From positions 186,001 through 250,000 of IMG/VR virus record IMGVR_UViG_3300043418_000114: a stretch of 64,000 nt of DNA; one strand, 5' to 3'. Shown here in pieces: positions 43,591 through 50,907 of this stretch. The stretch's first letter is position 1. The number at the start of each line of letters is the position of its first letter. A program made the position numbers and the translations under genes. The notes below the pieces were generated by a model. The model had not been told where the DNA came from. It did not search any database and saw nothing but the letters and a program-made list of their open reading frames with translations.

Positions 43591-43689
43591 ATGGATCGTA
43601 AGAAATTTTCTTTTACGTGCCATCTGAGACCATACGGGGGTCAAAGATGACACTATCGTTTACCTGAACGTTTCATGTCATTTACCTTT

Positions 43690-44046
43690 TTAAGATTTAA
43701 GTGCTTTTAAAATATTATCCCAAGATTCAGTTGGATTATGACCTTGATCTAGCAAGGCAACATAAGTCTTAACTGCATCTTCTGGAATCTTGAAATAGAT
43801 GTTTGCGTAGGTGCAGTCGAATGAATCATCTTCATCACGAACGTACCATGGATGACTTGACATTTCATCAAATACATCTTCATAGTCTTCACGATTGCCA
43901 CCACCATTACGTGTGTGAACAACAATGTGACCATCTTCTACATAAACATCACGAAAGCGACCGAAGTCACCTTTTGTTTTATCTAACAGACTCAGGAGTT
44001 GATCCGAGTTAGGGTTAGTGCCAAACATCATGTTATACAAACTCAT
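43690..44046 (-). CDS. Hypothetical phage protein
   Basis: AAGGAG SD; 'GRFRD...HTRNGGGNREDY...DD.FDCTYA'. Confidence 0.65.
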   Translation of the reverse strand: MSLYNMMFGTNPNSDQLLSLLDKTKGDFGRFRDVYVEDGHIVVHTRNGGGNREDYEDVFDEMSSHPWYVRDEDDSFDCTYANIYFKIPEDAVKTYVALLDQGHNPTESWDNILKALKS

Positions 44047-44144
44047 TTCATTCTCCTTTGTTAATTTGTGGAAGTTCCGATAGCACCCATCGTCACTTAC
44101 AACCGTTGAGTAGCCTTGCATCAAAACAGTGCTACTATTTGCTC

Positions 44145-44219
44145 TGGAGGACAGGATAGGAATCAAACCTACCTAGAACGGATTTGCAATCCGCCACATA
44201 ATCGCTCTGTCACCTGTCC
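44145..44219 (-). tRNA. tRNA-Cys(GCA)
   Basis: Loop TTGCAAA; U73; CCA. Confidence 0.82.
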
Positions 44220-44228
44220 ATATTTTGT

Positions 44229-44316
44229 TGGCGGAGCATGTAGGAATCGAACCTACTCACCTCTTTCGAAATGATGGATTAGCAATCCATTGCCTTAACC
44301 GGTCGGCCAATGCTCC
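44229..44316 (-). tRNA. tRNA-Ser(GCT)
   Basis: Loop TTGCTAA; long V arm; CCA. Confidence 0.9.
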
Positions 44317-44331
44317 GTAAAATATCTGATT

Positions 44332-44500
44332 AAAAATCATAAAATAGTGTATTCAGCTGGCAGACTGCAACAAGATACTATCCTCTAATATATTAGTATC
44401 ACAGTGATATTAAGTTCCGGACCCTAATATCACCAAAGTCTGGCAAATAAGATATATAAATTCAAAGTTTATTAAATGAATACACTAATTTATGATTTTT
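44332..44500 (-). repeat. Long inverted-repeat-bounded element
   Basis: AAAAATCATAAATTAGTGTATTCA...TGAATACACTATTTTATGATTTTT. Confidence 0.6.
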
Positions 44501-44576
44501 GGTGGGCCCAACAGGACTCGAACCTGTGGCCAAGGAATTATGAGTTCCCTGCTCTAACCAACTGAGCTATAGGCCC
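44500..44576 (-). tRNA. tRNA(CAT), Ile2-like or Met
   Basis: GGGCCTA acceptor; loop CTCATAA; CCA. Confidence 0.85.
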
Positions 44577-44586
44577 ATAATCTAAA

Positions 44587-44766
44587 ACCATATTATAATA
44601 CACTCCCAATGCATGTCAAGCACTGTAACTTCATGGTACATCTTGAACCACAGTTTCGAACCTGTGAAATGTAGCACTATCTAGTATCAACTCTTTCGAA
44701 TTCAAAACATACTAGACCCGGCAAGCTGGGGCCTCTATATATGACAAGAGTATACTATAATATGGT
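44587..44766 (-). repeat. Long-stem element (family 2)
   Basis: ACCATATTATAGTATACTC...GAGTGTATTATAATATGGT; overlaps the CCA of tRNA-Leu. Confidence 0.6.
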
Positions 44767-44849
44767 GCGGGTGGCCGGAATCGAACCGGCACGGTGTCTC
44801 CACCGACGGATTTTAAGTCCGTTACGTCTACCTATTTCATCACACCCGC
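44763..44849 (-). tRNA. tRNA-Leu(TAA)
   Basis: Loop CTTAAAA; long V arm; CCA. Confidence 0.92.
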
Positions 44850-44856
44850 ATATTAC

Positions 44857-44933
44857 TGGCGCCTCGTAGGGGACTCGAACCCCTGGCCTCTTGCGTGACA
44901 GGCAAGCGATCTAACCAACTGAGCTAACGAAGC
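44857..44933 (-). tRNA. tRNA-Asp(GTC)
   Basis: Loop CTGTCAC; G73; CCA. Confidence 0.9.
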
Positions 44934-44938
44934 GTAAA

Positions 44939-45090
44939 TGGTGGGCTATCGCGGATTCAAACCACGCAACAACTCTATGTTGTAGAGTTAGGATTTCCAA
45001 TCACTCTAAAGCCTATAAATTCATCACCGTTGACGTTTTACCATTGAAAGACACGGTGCCATCTGTCTCAGTCGCATTACCTATCACCCC
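44939..45090 (-). ncRNA. About 150-nt RNA with a tRNA-like 3' end
   Basis: T-like arm CGTGG-TTTGAAT-CCGCG, then ATAGCCC-A-CCA; probable 5' partner GGGTGAT. Confidence 0.45.
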
Positions 45091-45139
45091 ATGCTCGGAT
45101 TCATAGATAGGCATTCTACTGATAATTCAATGTTTATCT

Positions 45140-45226
45140 TGGTGGATGCGGCTGGAGTTGAACCAGCAGTGCCTTTCGGGCGGCGGGTTTACAGCCCGCT
45201 GGGGTTACCAATTTTCCTACACATCC
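45140..45226 (-). tRNA. tRNA-Tyr(GTA)
   Basis: Loop CTGTAAA; V arm; CCA. Confidence 0.9.
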
Positions 45227-45227
45227 A

Positions 45228-45656
45228 TTATTTGTTTTTGCCACACCAAGTGTCAGTCTGTGAATGACAATTGGGACAGAGTAATCTTAAGTTTTTAAAC
45301 TTGTGATTGTGATTATCGCCGTCTATGTGATCTAAATGTAGAGAAATTTCTTTTCCCATCCATTCTTCTAATCCACACGACGAGCATTTGTTATCTAATA
45401 TTTTTTCTTTTAACAAACGCTTTTTCAGTTTTAGTGTTTGATATGTAGGATGCAATCCTTCTAGAATTTCATTCAACTCTATCTTCTTTGCACCACCACC
45501 TATCTTAAAATCTAAACCTAATCTTTTTGCTCTACGCCAAACTGTAACATCTGGCACATTAAAATAATGTGCTAACTTGCTCAAGACTGGCGTAATGTTA
45601 TACTGTTCTATCAATTCAGTATCTGTAAACTTTTCTGTACTATGTTTTTGTTTCAT
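45228..45656 (-). CDS. HNH endonuclease
   Basis: CxxC...LHLDHIDGD..N....NLRLLCPNCH. Confidence 0.88.
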   Translation of the reverse strand: MKQKHSTEKFTDTELIEQYNITPVLSKLAHYFNVPDVTVWRRAKRLGLDFKIGGGAKKIELNEILEGLHPTYQTLKLKKRLLKEKILDNKCSSCGLEEWMGKEISLHLDHIDGDNHNHKFKNLRLLCPNCHSQTDTWCGKNK

Positions 45657-45699
45657 ACAGTATTTATGAAAAGTTAGATATGAAATCTAAAAATAAACT

Positions 45700-45776
45700 T
45701 GGTGCCCCCAGCGGGACTCGAACCCGCAGAATCTTGATTTTGAGTCAAGCACGTATACCAATTCCATCACAAGGGC
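45700..45776 (-). tRNA. tRNA-Leu(CAA), short variable loop
   Basis: Loop CTCAAAA; CCA. Confidence 0.85.
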
Positions 45777-45904
45777 AAAAAGAAACATACTAGCGATCTA
45801 CTGTTGTTGTGATTGAACACAGGACTTAGTATAAGTCGTCCCAACTCCGCATCTTTTTAACACAAGTCCTGCGGTTGCTTGTGAGCTAATATATTTCAAA
45901 AACT

Positions 45905-45980
45905 TGGTACTCCGTATGGGAATCGAACCCATCTTACCAACGTGAAAGGCTGGTGTCCTAAACCGATAGACGAACGGAGC
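45905..45980 (-). tRNA. tRNA-Glu(TTC)
   Basis: Loop CTTTCAC; CCA. Confidence 0.9.
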
Positions 45981-45988
45981 ATAGTTAT

Positions 45989-46091
45989 TCACTATATGTA
46001 AACACAAAAGCAATACTAACCGGGCGGTCGATATCGGCGTTAGCCAAGTCACTTACCCAGACTTTCAAACTAATGTGCTTACATATAGTGA
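45989..46091 (-). repeat. Long-stem element (family 2)
   Basis: TCACTATATGTAAGCACA...TGTGTTTACATATAGTGA. Confidence 0.65.
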
Positions 46092-46123
46092 CTGCTTCAC
46101 AGCAGTGTATATGTTGGTTGTTT

Positions 46124-46192
46124 TTTTAAAGAACAGTGCTGATTTCTCAGCGTCAATACATGTATTGTATAACATGTTTGAATCATTGTCAA
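46124..46192 (-). promoter_or_regulatory. sigma70 promoter with boxB-like and boxA-like element
   Basis: TTGACA-N17-TACAAT; GCTGA-GAAA-TCAGC; TGTTCTTTAAAA. Confidence 0.7.
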
Positions 46193-46331
46193 ACTATTTT
46201 TAAGTATTTTAGATGGATTCGAACCATCGTTTCACTGGCGATTCCCACCATACAGTTACTATGACTTCACTGTGTGGGCCCTTGCGTCCTAAGCCCCTAG
46301 ACGATAAGACACTTAGAAATAGTCTGACAAA
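46185..46331 (-). ncRNA. tRNA-like RNA with extended acceptor stem and expanded anticodon domain
   Basis: About 25-bp terminal stem, D arm, T arm GATGG-TTCGAAT-CCATC; no CCA. Confidence 0.55.
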
Positions 46332-46400
46332 TTGTTAAAGAACAGTGATTGATTTCTCAATCGATACACGTATTGTATGCGAGTTTTTATTTAGTGTCAA
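46332..46400 (-). promoter_or_regulatory. sigma70 promoter with boxB-like and boxA-like element
   Basis: TTGACA-N17-TACAAT; GATTGA-GAAA-TCAATC; TGTTCTTTAACAA. Confidence 0.72.
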
Positions 46401-46445
46401 GCGTTTCCTAAAATATTTTGATAAATAGTTAAAAGGAACCCCAAA

Positions 46446-46943
46446 ATGAAAAAGTACGCAACATTAAGCATTGATAGCTCAACTCTAGCAACTGAAATCA
46501 TGACATATTTGAAATCTTCAATCGATGTTGAGGATAACGATCATCATATCCATGCATTTCACGTGTTAAATTTGACTGATCTTGCCAACACTACACTCAA
46601 CACTACGTTTACCGGATTAACCGCAAAATTCGTGGGGCATTTGACAATCAATGGCAGTCAAATGTTTAATCATTGCTATGATTCTGCATTTATGCTTATT
46701 CCATTGGAAGATTGTGAATCAACAGTGGTTAAGATTTTTGACGTTGCTCCTGGCGCAGTATTTAATCCAACTGACTCTTGCTACATGGACCAAGACTGCA
46801 CACTAGCAAATGCATTGCCACTTACATCACCTATTGTGATTAGTGCGAATACAACTCACACCATTGAAACAACCAACTTCACAAAACTAGCAGATGTGTT
46901 AATGATCATCTTCAATGAAGATGTATCAACGTTACTAGCTTAA
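46446..46943 (+). CDS. Hypothetical (possibly cupin-fold) protein
   Basis: ATAAATA and AAGGA upstream. Confidence 0.6.
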   Translation: MKKYATLSIDSSTLATEIMTYLKSSIDVEDNDHHIHAFHVLNLTDLANTTLNTTFTGLTAKFVGHLTINGSQMFNHCYDSAFMLIPLEDCESTVVKIFDVAPGAVFNPTDSCYMDQDCTLANALPLTSPIVISANTTHTIETTNFTKLADVLMIIFNEDVSTLLA

Positions 46944-46944
46944 G

Positions 46945-47019
46945 TGGTCCGGCGTAGTGGAATCGAACCACTATAATCACTTTAGAAGAATGATGTCCTA
47001 TCCGTTGAACGAACGCCAG
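46945..47019 (-). tRNA. tRNA-Arg(TCT)
   Basis: Loop CTTCTAA; CCA. Confidence 0.88.
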
Positions 47020-47086
47020 ATAACTGATAGCATATCACAATAAAAAGAAAAAGTCAAGAGATTTTTAGTTTCTTGACTTTTTTGTT

Positions 47087-47162
47087 TGGCTCCCCTACGT
47101 GGGCTCGAACCACGGACATTTTGATTAACAGTCAAACGCTCTACCAACTGAGCTATAGGAGA
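47087..47162 (-). tRNA. tRNA-Asn(GTT)
   Basis: Loop CTGTTAA; G73; CCA. Confidence 0.92.
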
Positions 47163-47169
47163 ATAAATG

Positions 47170-47244
47170 TGGTGCCCTCGAGGTGAATCGAACACCTGAT
47201 CCTCCGCTTACAAGGCGGATGCATTACCACTCTGCTACAAGGGC
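47170..47244 (-). tRNA. tRNA-Thr(TGT)
   Basis: Loop CTTGTAA; CCA. Confidence 0.9.
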
Positions 47245-47310
47245 ATAATTTTATTTATAGTGAGTATATCACAGCAAAACTTTTTTGTCAAGTCTTGCCA
47301 TGATATCTTC

Positions 47311-47871
47311 CTACGAAAGCAAGATTCTAGAATGCTTTGGCACACCTGCCATCAAGTATTCCATTTGGTCTGCAAGAATTGTTCGTTGTTGCAGAATCAT
47401 GTTTTCATAGTGGTTAGGTTCATAAGGAACATAAAGTAGTTCCATACGTGCTTCTTTCAAAGACTTATGACCCTTCTTAGAGTTACATTCCTTACATGCA
47501 GTAACTACGTTCATCCAAGTGTTGTCGCCGCCATGGTACCGAGGTACAATGTGGTCACGGCTTAGATTGTGATAGTTAGGGAAATGTCCACCACAGTATG
47601 CACAAACATACCGGTCACGACCAAACAATGTCTTGTTAGTCAATGCAACATGTGCGTGACGATGTGGGTTATAACCATGACCCTTGATAGCAATAATAGA
47701 AGGAGATTCTAGGTAGCTTAGTGATCCGTCACGTTGTACGCCACCACGATACTTCGCAACAATTTCACCCATAGACCATGCTACGGAGTCAGTTGCGTGA
47801 TATGCAATTGCGTCATCGTTTGAGATCCATTGCCGGGGAACTCCTGAAATATCTAGTGCTAGAACAGCCAT
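47311..47871 (-). CDS. HNH endonuclease (McrA-like)
   Basis: RD..VCAYCG...DHIVP...GG..TW.NVVTACKECN. Confidence 0.88.
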   Translation of the reverse strand: MAVLALDISGVPRQWISNDDAIAYHATDSVAWSMGEIVAKYRGGVQRDGSLSYLESPSIIAIKGHGYNPHRHAHVALTNKTLFGRDRYVCAYCGGHFPNYHNLSRDHIVPRYHGGDNTWMNVVTACKECNSKKGHKSLKEARMELLYVPYEPNHYENMILQQRTILADQMEYLMAGVPKHSRILLS

Positions 47872-47916
47872 GCTTTTCTCCTTTGTGTTACTGTCTACAT
47901 TTATTTAATGTTCCTT

Positions 47917-47991
47917 TGGAGGGTCGTACAAGATTCGAACTTGTGACTGCTGGTTTCGAAGACCAGAACTCTTCCACTGAGCTAACGACCC
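47917..47991 (-). tRNA. tRNA-Arg(TCG)
   Basis: Loop CTTCGAA; CCA. Confidence 0.88.
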
Positions 47992-48032
47992 ATGTTAATG
48001 ATTATATGACAAACACCATTATTTGTCAAACT

Positions 48033-48108
48033 TGGTGGCCTCGGGCGGGATCGAACCACCGACACATGGATTTTCAATCCACTGCTCTACCATCTGAGCT
48101 ACGAGGCC
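48033..48108 (-). tRNA. tRNA-Phe(GAA)
   Basis: Loop TTGAAAA; CCA. Confidence 0.92.
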
Positions 48109-48109
48109 A

Positions 48110-48283
48110 TTATTTTTGTTCTGGTATCTTACGCAAGCTATCTAGCTTCACTAGACAATCACGTTGAGTACCCATTCTGAATACGCGCAGATAATCTACG
48201 CCATCAATCTTTTGAATGTCCTTCATGTTTTTACAGAAGAACTTTTCCTTGTTTCTGACATTTTCGAAATAAGTTGTTTTCAT
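48110..48283 (-). CDS. Small hypothetical protein
   Basis: AAGGAG SD; 57 aa. Confidence 0.55.
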   Translation of the reverse strand: MKTTYFENVRNKEKFFCKNMKDIQKIDGVDYLRVFRMGTQRDCLVKLDSLRKIPEQK

Positions 48284-48297
48284 ATCATTCTCCTTCT

Positions 48298-48374
48298 TGG
48301 TACCCCAGATGGGACTCGAACCCACAGATACAACGACCTCAACGTTGCGTGTCTACCAATTCCACCACCGGGGC
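48298..48374 (-). tRNA. tRNA-Leu(GAG), short variable loop
   Basis: Loop TTGAGGT; CCA. Confidence 0.85.
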
Positions 48375-48482
48375 ATATATTAGTGCCAGGTTGTCCTTGT
48401 CCCTAGCGTTGCGGCAAGTTGTTTTAGGTTTTGCTTTTACTATGGATCCGCTTTACCTTAAACCACAAAAGGATTTAAACAC

Positions 48483-48572
48483 TGGCAGAGAGTAAGGGAT
48501 TCGAACCCTTGTGCCGCGCTAGCGACCATCACCTTTCCAAGATGCGCCCTTAAGCCTCTCGGGCAACTCTCT
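48483..48572 (-). tRNA. tRNA-Ser(GGA)
   Basis: Loop TTGGAAA; long V arm; CCA. Confidence 0.85.
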
Positions 48573-48577
48573 ATATT

Positions 48578-48676
48578 TGGTGCCTCTGGCAGGACTCGAA
48601 CCTGCACACTGTGGCTTATCTAGCCACTGCTTTGGGGAGGTATAAGCTCCCTTCTTTACCATTAAGCTACAGAGGC
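48578..48676 (-). tRNA. tRNA with TAT anticodon (Ile AUA) and about 29-nt variable region
   Basis: GGGAG-CTTATAC-CTCCC; V hairpin GTGGCT-AGATA-AGCCAC; A73; CCA. Confidence 0.75.
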
Positions 48677-48683
48677 ATTATCT

Positions 48684-48775
48684 TGGCGGAAAGCAGAGGA
48701 GTCGAACCCCATCCCCGTTAGGAGAACCCAGTTTTCAAGGCTGGTCGGCACACCAACGCGCCTGCATTACTTTCC
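48684..48775 (-). tRNA. 8/4-type tRNA-Ser(TGA)
   Basis: 8-bp acceptor GGAAAGTA/TGCTTTCC; 4-bp T stem; long V arm; G73; CCA. Confidence 0.7.
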
Positions 48776-48776
48776 T

Positions 48777-49781
48777 TTATTTTTTGACGCCACGGGATGG
48801 ATTGAGCAATTCATGTAGATGCTCAATATATCGGTGGACTTCTTGATACACTAATTTTAGGTATCGTCTACGAACCTGCACTTCTTGTGGGTTGCGCGGT
48901 TCGGCGAATCTATTGCTGATTCTATTGTTTATGTAAGAAATGATATCTTCACTTTCAATGCGAGGAATATCTTGTAGTCTTTCAACTTTATCTAAGCCAT
49001 TTGCTTTAATAACGTCTAATGCCATTTGATGTGCAAATGCGGCAATTTCTTGTGGACTAGCATAATACAAGTCGTAGTAACGATCTTTGTTCTTAGACTT
49101 TACAGCCTTTTGTGCGGCGCTGTAGAACTCACCCTTAGTTTTATCTAAGTAGCTACGATATTCAGTCTTGCCTAGTGGTCTATGTGCCTGTTGCTTGTGT
49201 TGAACTAAGTGTACTGCCTCGTGAACTACAATTGATACAATCTTGTCGATTGCACTGTCCATGTCTTTCAAAAGTACATTAAGAATTTCTCTGTCATTAG
49301 ATTTCAACATCTTGAACAAGAAACTCATGCCCTTTGTTCTATCGCCTGCCTCATAATTGTCATACAAATAAATGCTAAAACGATTCATGATTGTACGAGC
49401 AATTGCTGGCAAGTAAGCACGATTAATAACCATGTTAGAACCCTGTGCGTAACCGCCCATGCCCTTCATGGTACCAAATCTGAACTTAGATATTGCGTCT
49501 TTACCAAGGATCTTTTCCAAGGTAAGTTTCATTTGTTTGGTAATACCTTTTTCAATCTTTTCATTACCTTCACGTTGCATGAACTCACGTACATAACGAT
49601 CACTTAGGTTATCGTCGTTTAAGATTTCTTGCAAGTTTGGATTGTTCATGAATGACTTTTCCAATGCAGACACGCCATTAATAATGCCGTCTTTAACAGC
49701 CCTTGACAAGTCTTCTTCATACTTGGTCATACTTATGGCTTCATCGACCACTTCTTCATTAACAAATTCAAATATACGCAT
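48777..49781 (-). CDS. Hypothetical protein with HExxH motif
   Basis: HEAVH..Q...Y.ASPQEIAAFA; ATAAATA upstream. Confidence 0.65.
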   Translation of the reverse strand: MRIFEFVNEEVVDEAISMTKYEEDLSRAVKDGIINGVSALEKSFMNNPNLQEILNDDNLSDRYVREFMQREGNEKIEKGITKQMKLTLEKILGKDAISKFRFGTMKGMGGYAQGSNMVINRAYLPAIARTIMNRFSIYLYDNYEAGDRTKGMSFLFKMLKSNDREILNVLLKDMDSAIDKIVSIVVHEAVHLVQHKQQAHRPLGKTEYRSYLDKTKGEFYSAAQKAVKSKNKDRYYDLYYASPQEIAAFAHQMALDVIKANGLDKVERLQDIPRIESEDIISYINNRISNRFAEPRNPQEVQVRRRYLKLVYQEVHRYIEHLHELLNPSRGVKK

Positions 49782-49802
49782 AGTACATATATTTATCTTA
49801 TT

Positions 49803-49880
49803 TGGTGTGTCCTGTTGGAATCGAACCAACTTCTCCGATTTTTCAGACCGGCGCTGAATGACCACACTAGCTCAGGACAC
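49803..49880 (-). tRNA. tRNA-Phe(GAA), second copy
   Basis: Loop CTGAAAA; CCA. Confidence 0.85.
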
Positions 49881-49881
49881 A

Positions 49882-50244
49882 TTAAATTGTTTTATATCTT
49901 TTATCTTTTTGCTTGTGTTCTACGTCCCACTTGATTGCGGCGCCAGAACAAAACTTTTCATCTTTCCAGAATCTTGCTCCATTCAATATGAATGGCTTCA
50001 ATACTCTATCACCGTTCCACCAACCACGTTGGCATTTAATGAAGCCTTTTGCTTCTAATTCGTTTCGTAGTTCTTTGAACTCTGGATGATCATCATGTGA
50101 CAATGACTTACATCGATCCTCGCCCTTGATAATCTTAATCAATTGATCTGGTGTTAGTTCGTTTACTGGAATGTGATCATACATTCCCCACTCTTTTTCA
50201 ATCTTAACATCACATAATGAATTCATGTCGATTTCAAACTTCAT
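49882..50244 (-). CDS. Hypothetical protein
   Basis: GGAGG SD before MKFEID. Confidence 0.6.
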   Translation of the reverse strand: MKFEIDMNSLCDVKIEKEWGMYDHIPVNELTPDQLIKIIKGEDRCKSLSHDDHPEFKELRNELEAKGFIKCQRGWWNGDRVLKPFILNGARFWKDEKFCSGAAIKWDVEHKQKDKRYKTI

Positions 50245-50410
50245 GCTTCCTCCATTGTAGGTTTTTGAGCGCCCAACTATCTTTCTCAAGGACTCACTGG
50301 ATTGTCTCGTATGAAGGAGTTTAGCAACCTTGTACTGCTACTGGCGTGTCAGTCACAAGAATAGGGACCTAGCGCACAAGGGACTCTACTTCTACGTCTA
50401 TCTCAAAAAT

Positions 50411-50464
50411 TGGTGGTAGGCTTTCCTGGCACATGTAACCAGTAAGGCCCGGGCGCCGCCTACC
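50411..50464 (-). ncRNA. 54-nt T-armless mini-tRNA-like RNA
   Basis: GGTAGGC/GCCTACC-A-CCA acceptor; two small hairpins. Confidence 0.55.
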
Positions 50465-50474
50465 ATAACTCGAA

Positions 50475-50557
50475 TGTGTGTTGTAGGATTCGAACCTACA
50501 TCAGGAGGTTTTTAGGCCTCTTGTAATGATGCCCTAAACATTTATACGAAACACACA
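50475..50557 (-). pseudogene. Degenerate tRNA-like element
   Basis: T arm GTAGG-TTCGAAT-CCTAC; 8-nt loop CCTAAAAA; no CCA. Confidence 0.5.
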
Positions 50558-50561
50558 AAAC

Positions 50562-50819
50562 TGGCTTCGTTAGCAAGACTCGAACTTGCGATAGTGGCTT
50601 CAAATCGCGTATGCTGGGTGCCACCGTGTTTCCCAAAGTTACCCTCGTATCCCCTCTGCTAGTTTATCTCACTTTTCTCACATTTCGACCTGTTCCGCAC
50701 TTCCCGGACTCACAGTGTTTGGTTTTAAAGCCTACGCGATTGTTATCTACTTTGTTTTACTAGTTGCCTTATTAATAGCATACTCAATACTACTCTACCT
50801 TCCTCTACACTATAACGAA
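50562..50819 (-). ncRNA. About 258-nt RNA with tRNA acceptor, T arm and a large internal domain
   Basis: TTCGTTA/TAACGAA-G-CCA; T arm GCAAG-TTCGAGT-CTTGC; internal AATCGCGTA/TACGCGATT. Confidence 0.6.
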
Positions 50820-50826
50820 ATAAAAT

Positions 50827-50902
50827 TGGCACCGTAGACGGGAATCGAACCCGCCGCGTCTTCATAGACAGTGAAGTATCACCCCTAGGTGAACTCTACG
50901 GT
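50827..50902 (-). tRNA. tRNA-Asp(GTC), unusual U37
   Basis: Loop CTGTCTA; G73; CCA. Confidence 0.8.
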
Positions 50903-50907
50903 ATAAA

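Noticed and set aside
48380-48480. Possible riboswitch between tRNA-Ser and tRNA-Leu
   Set aside because: No aptamer consensus could be matched by eye, and there is no directly downstream coding gene.
48684-48775. tRNA-Sec
   Set aside because: The anticodon is UGA (Ser), not UCA; the fold is 8/4; no sel genes are seen.
50475-50557. Amber suppressor tRNA (CTA in loop)
   Set aside because: It has an 8-nt loop without U before CTA, an irregular D arm and no CCA.
50562-50819. tmRNA
   Set aside because: No G3:U70, G rather than A discriminator, and no recognisable tag ORF.
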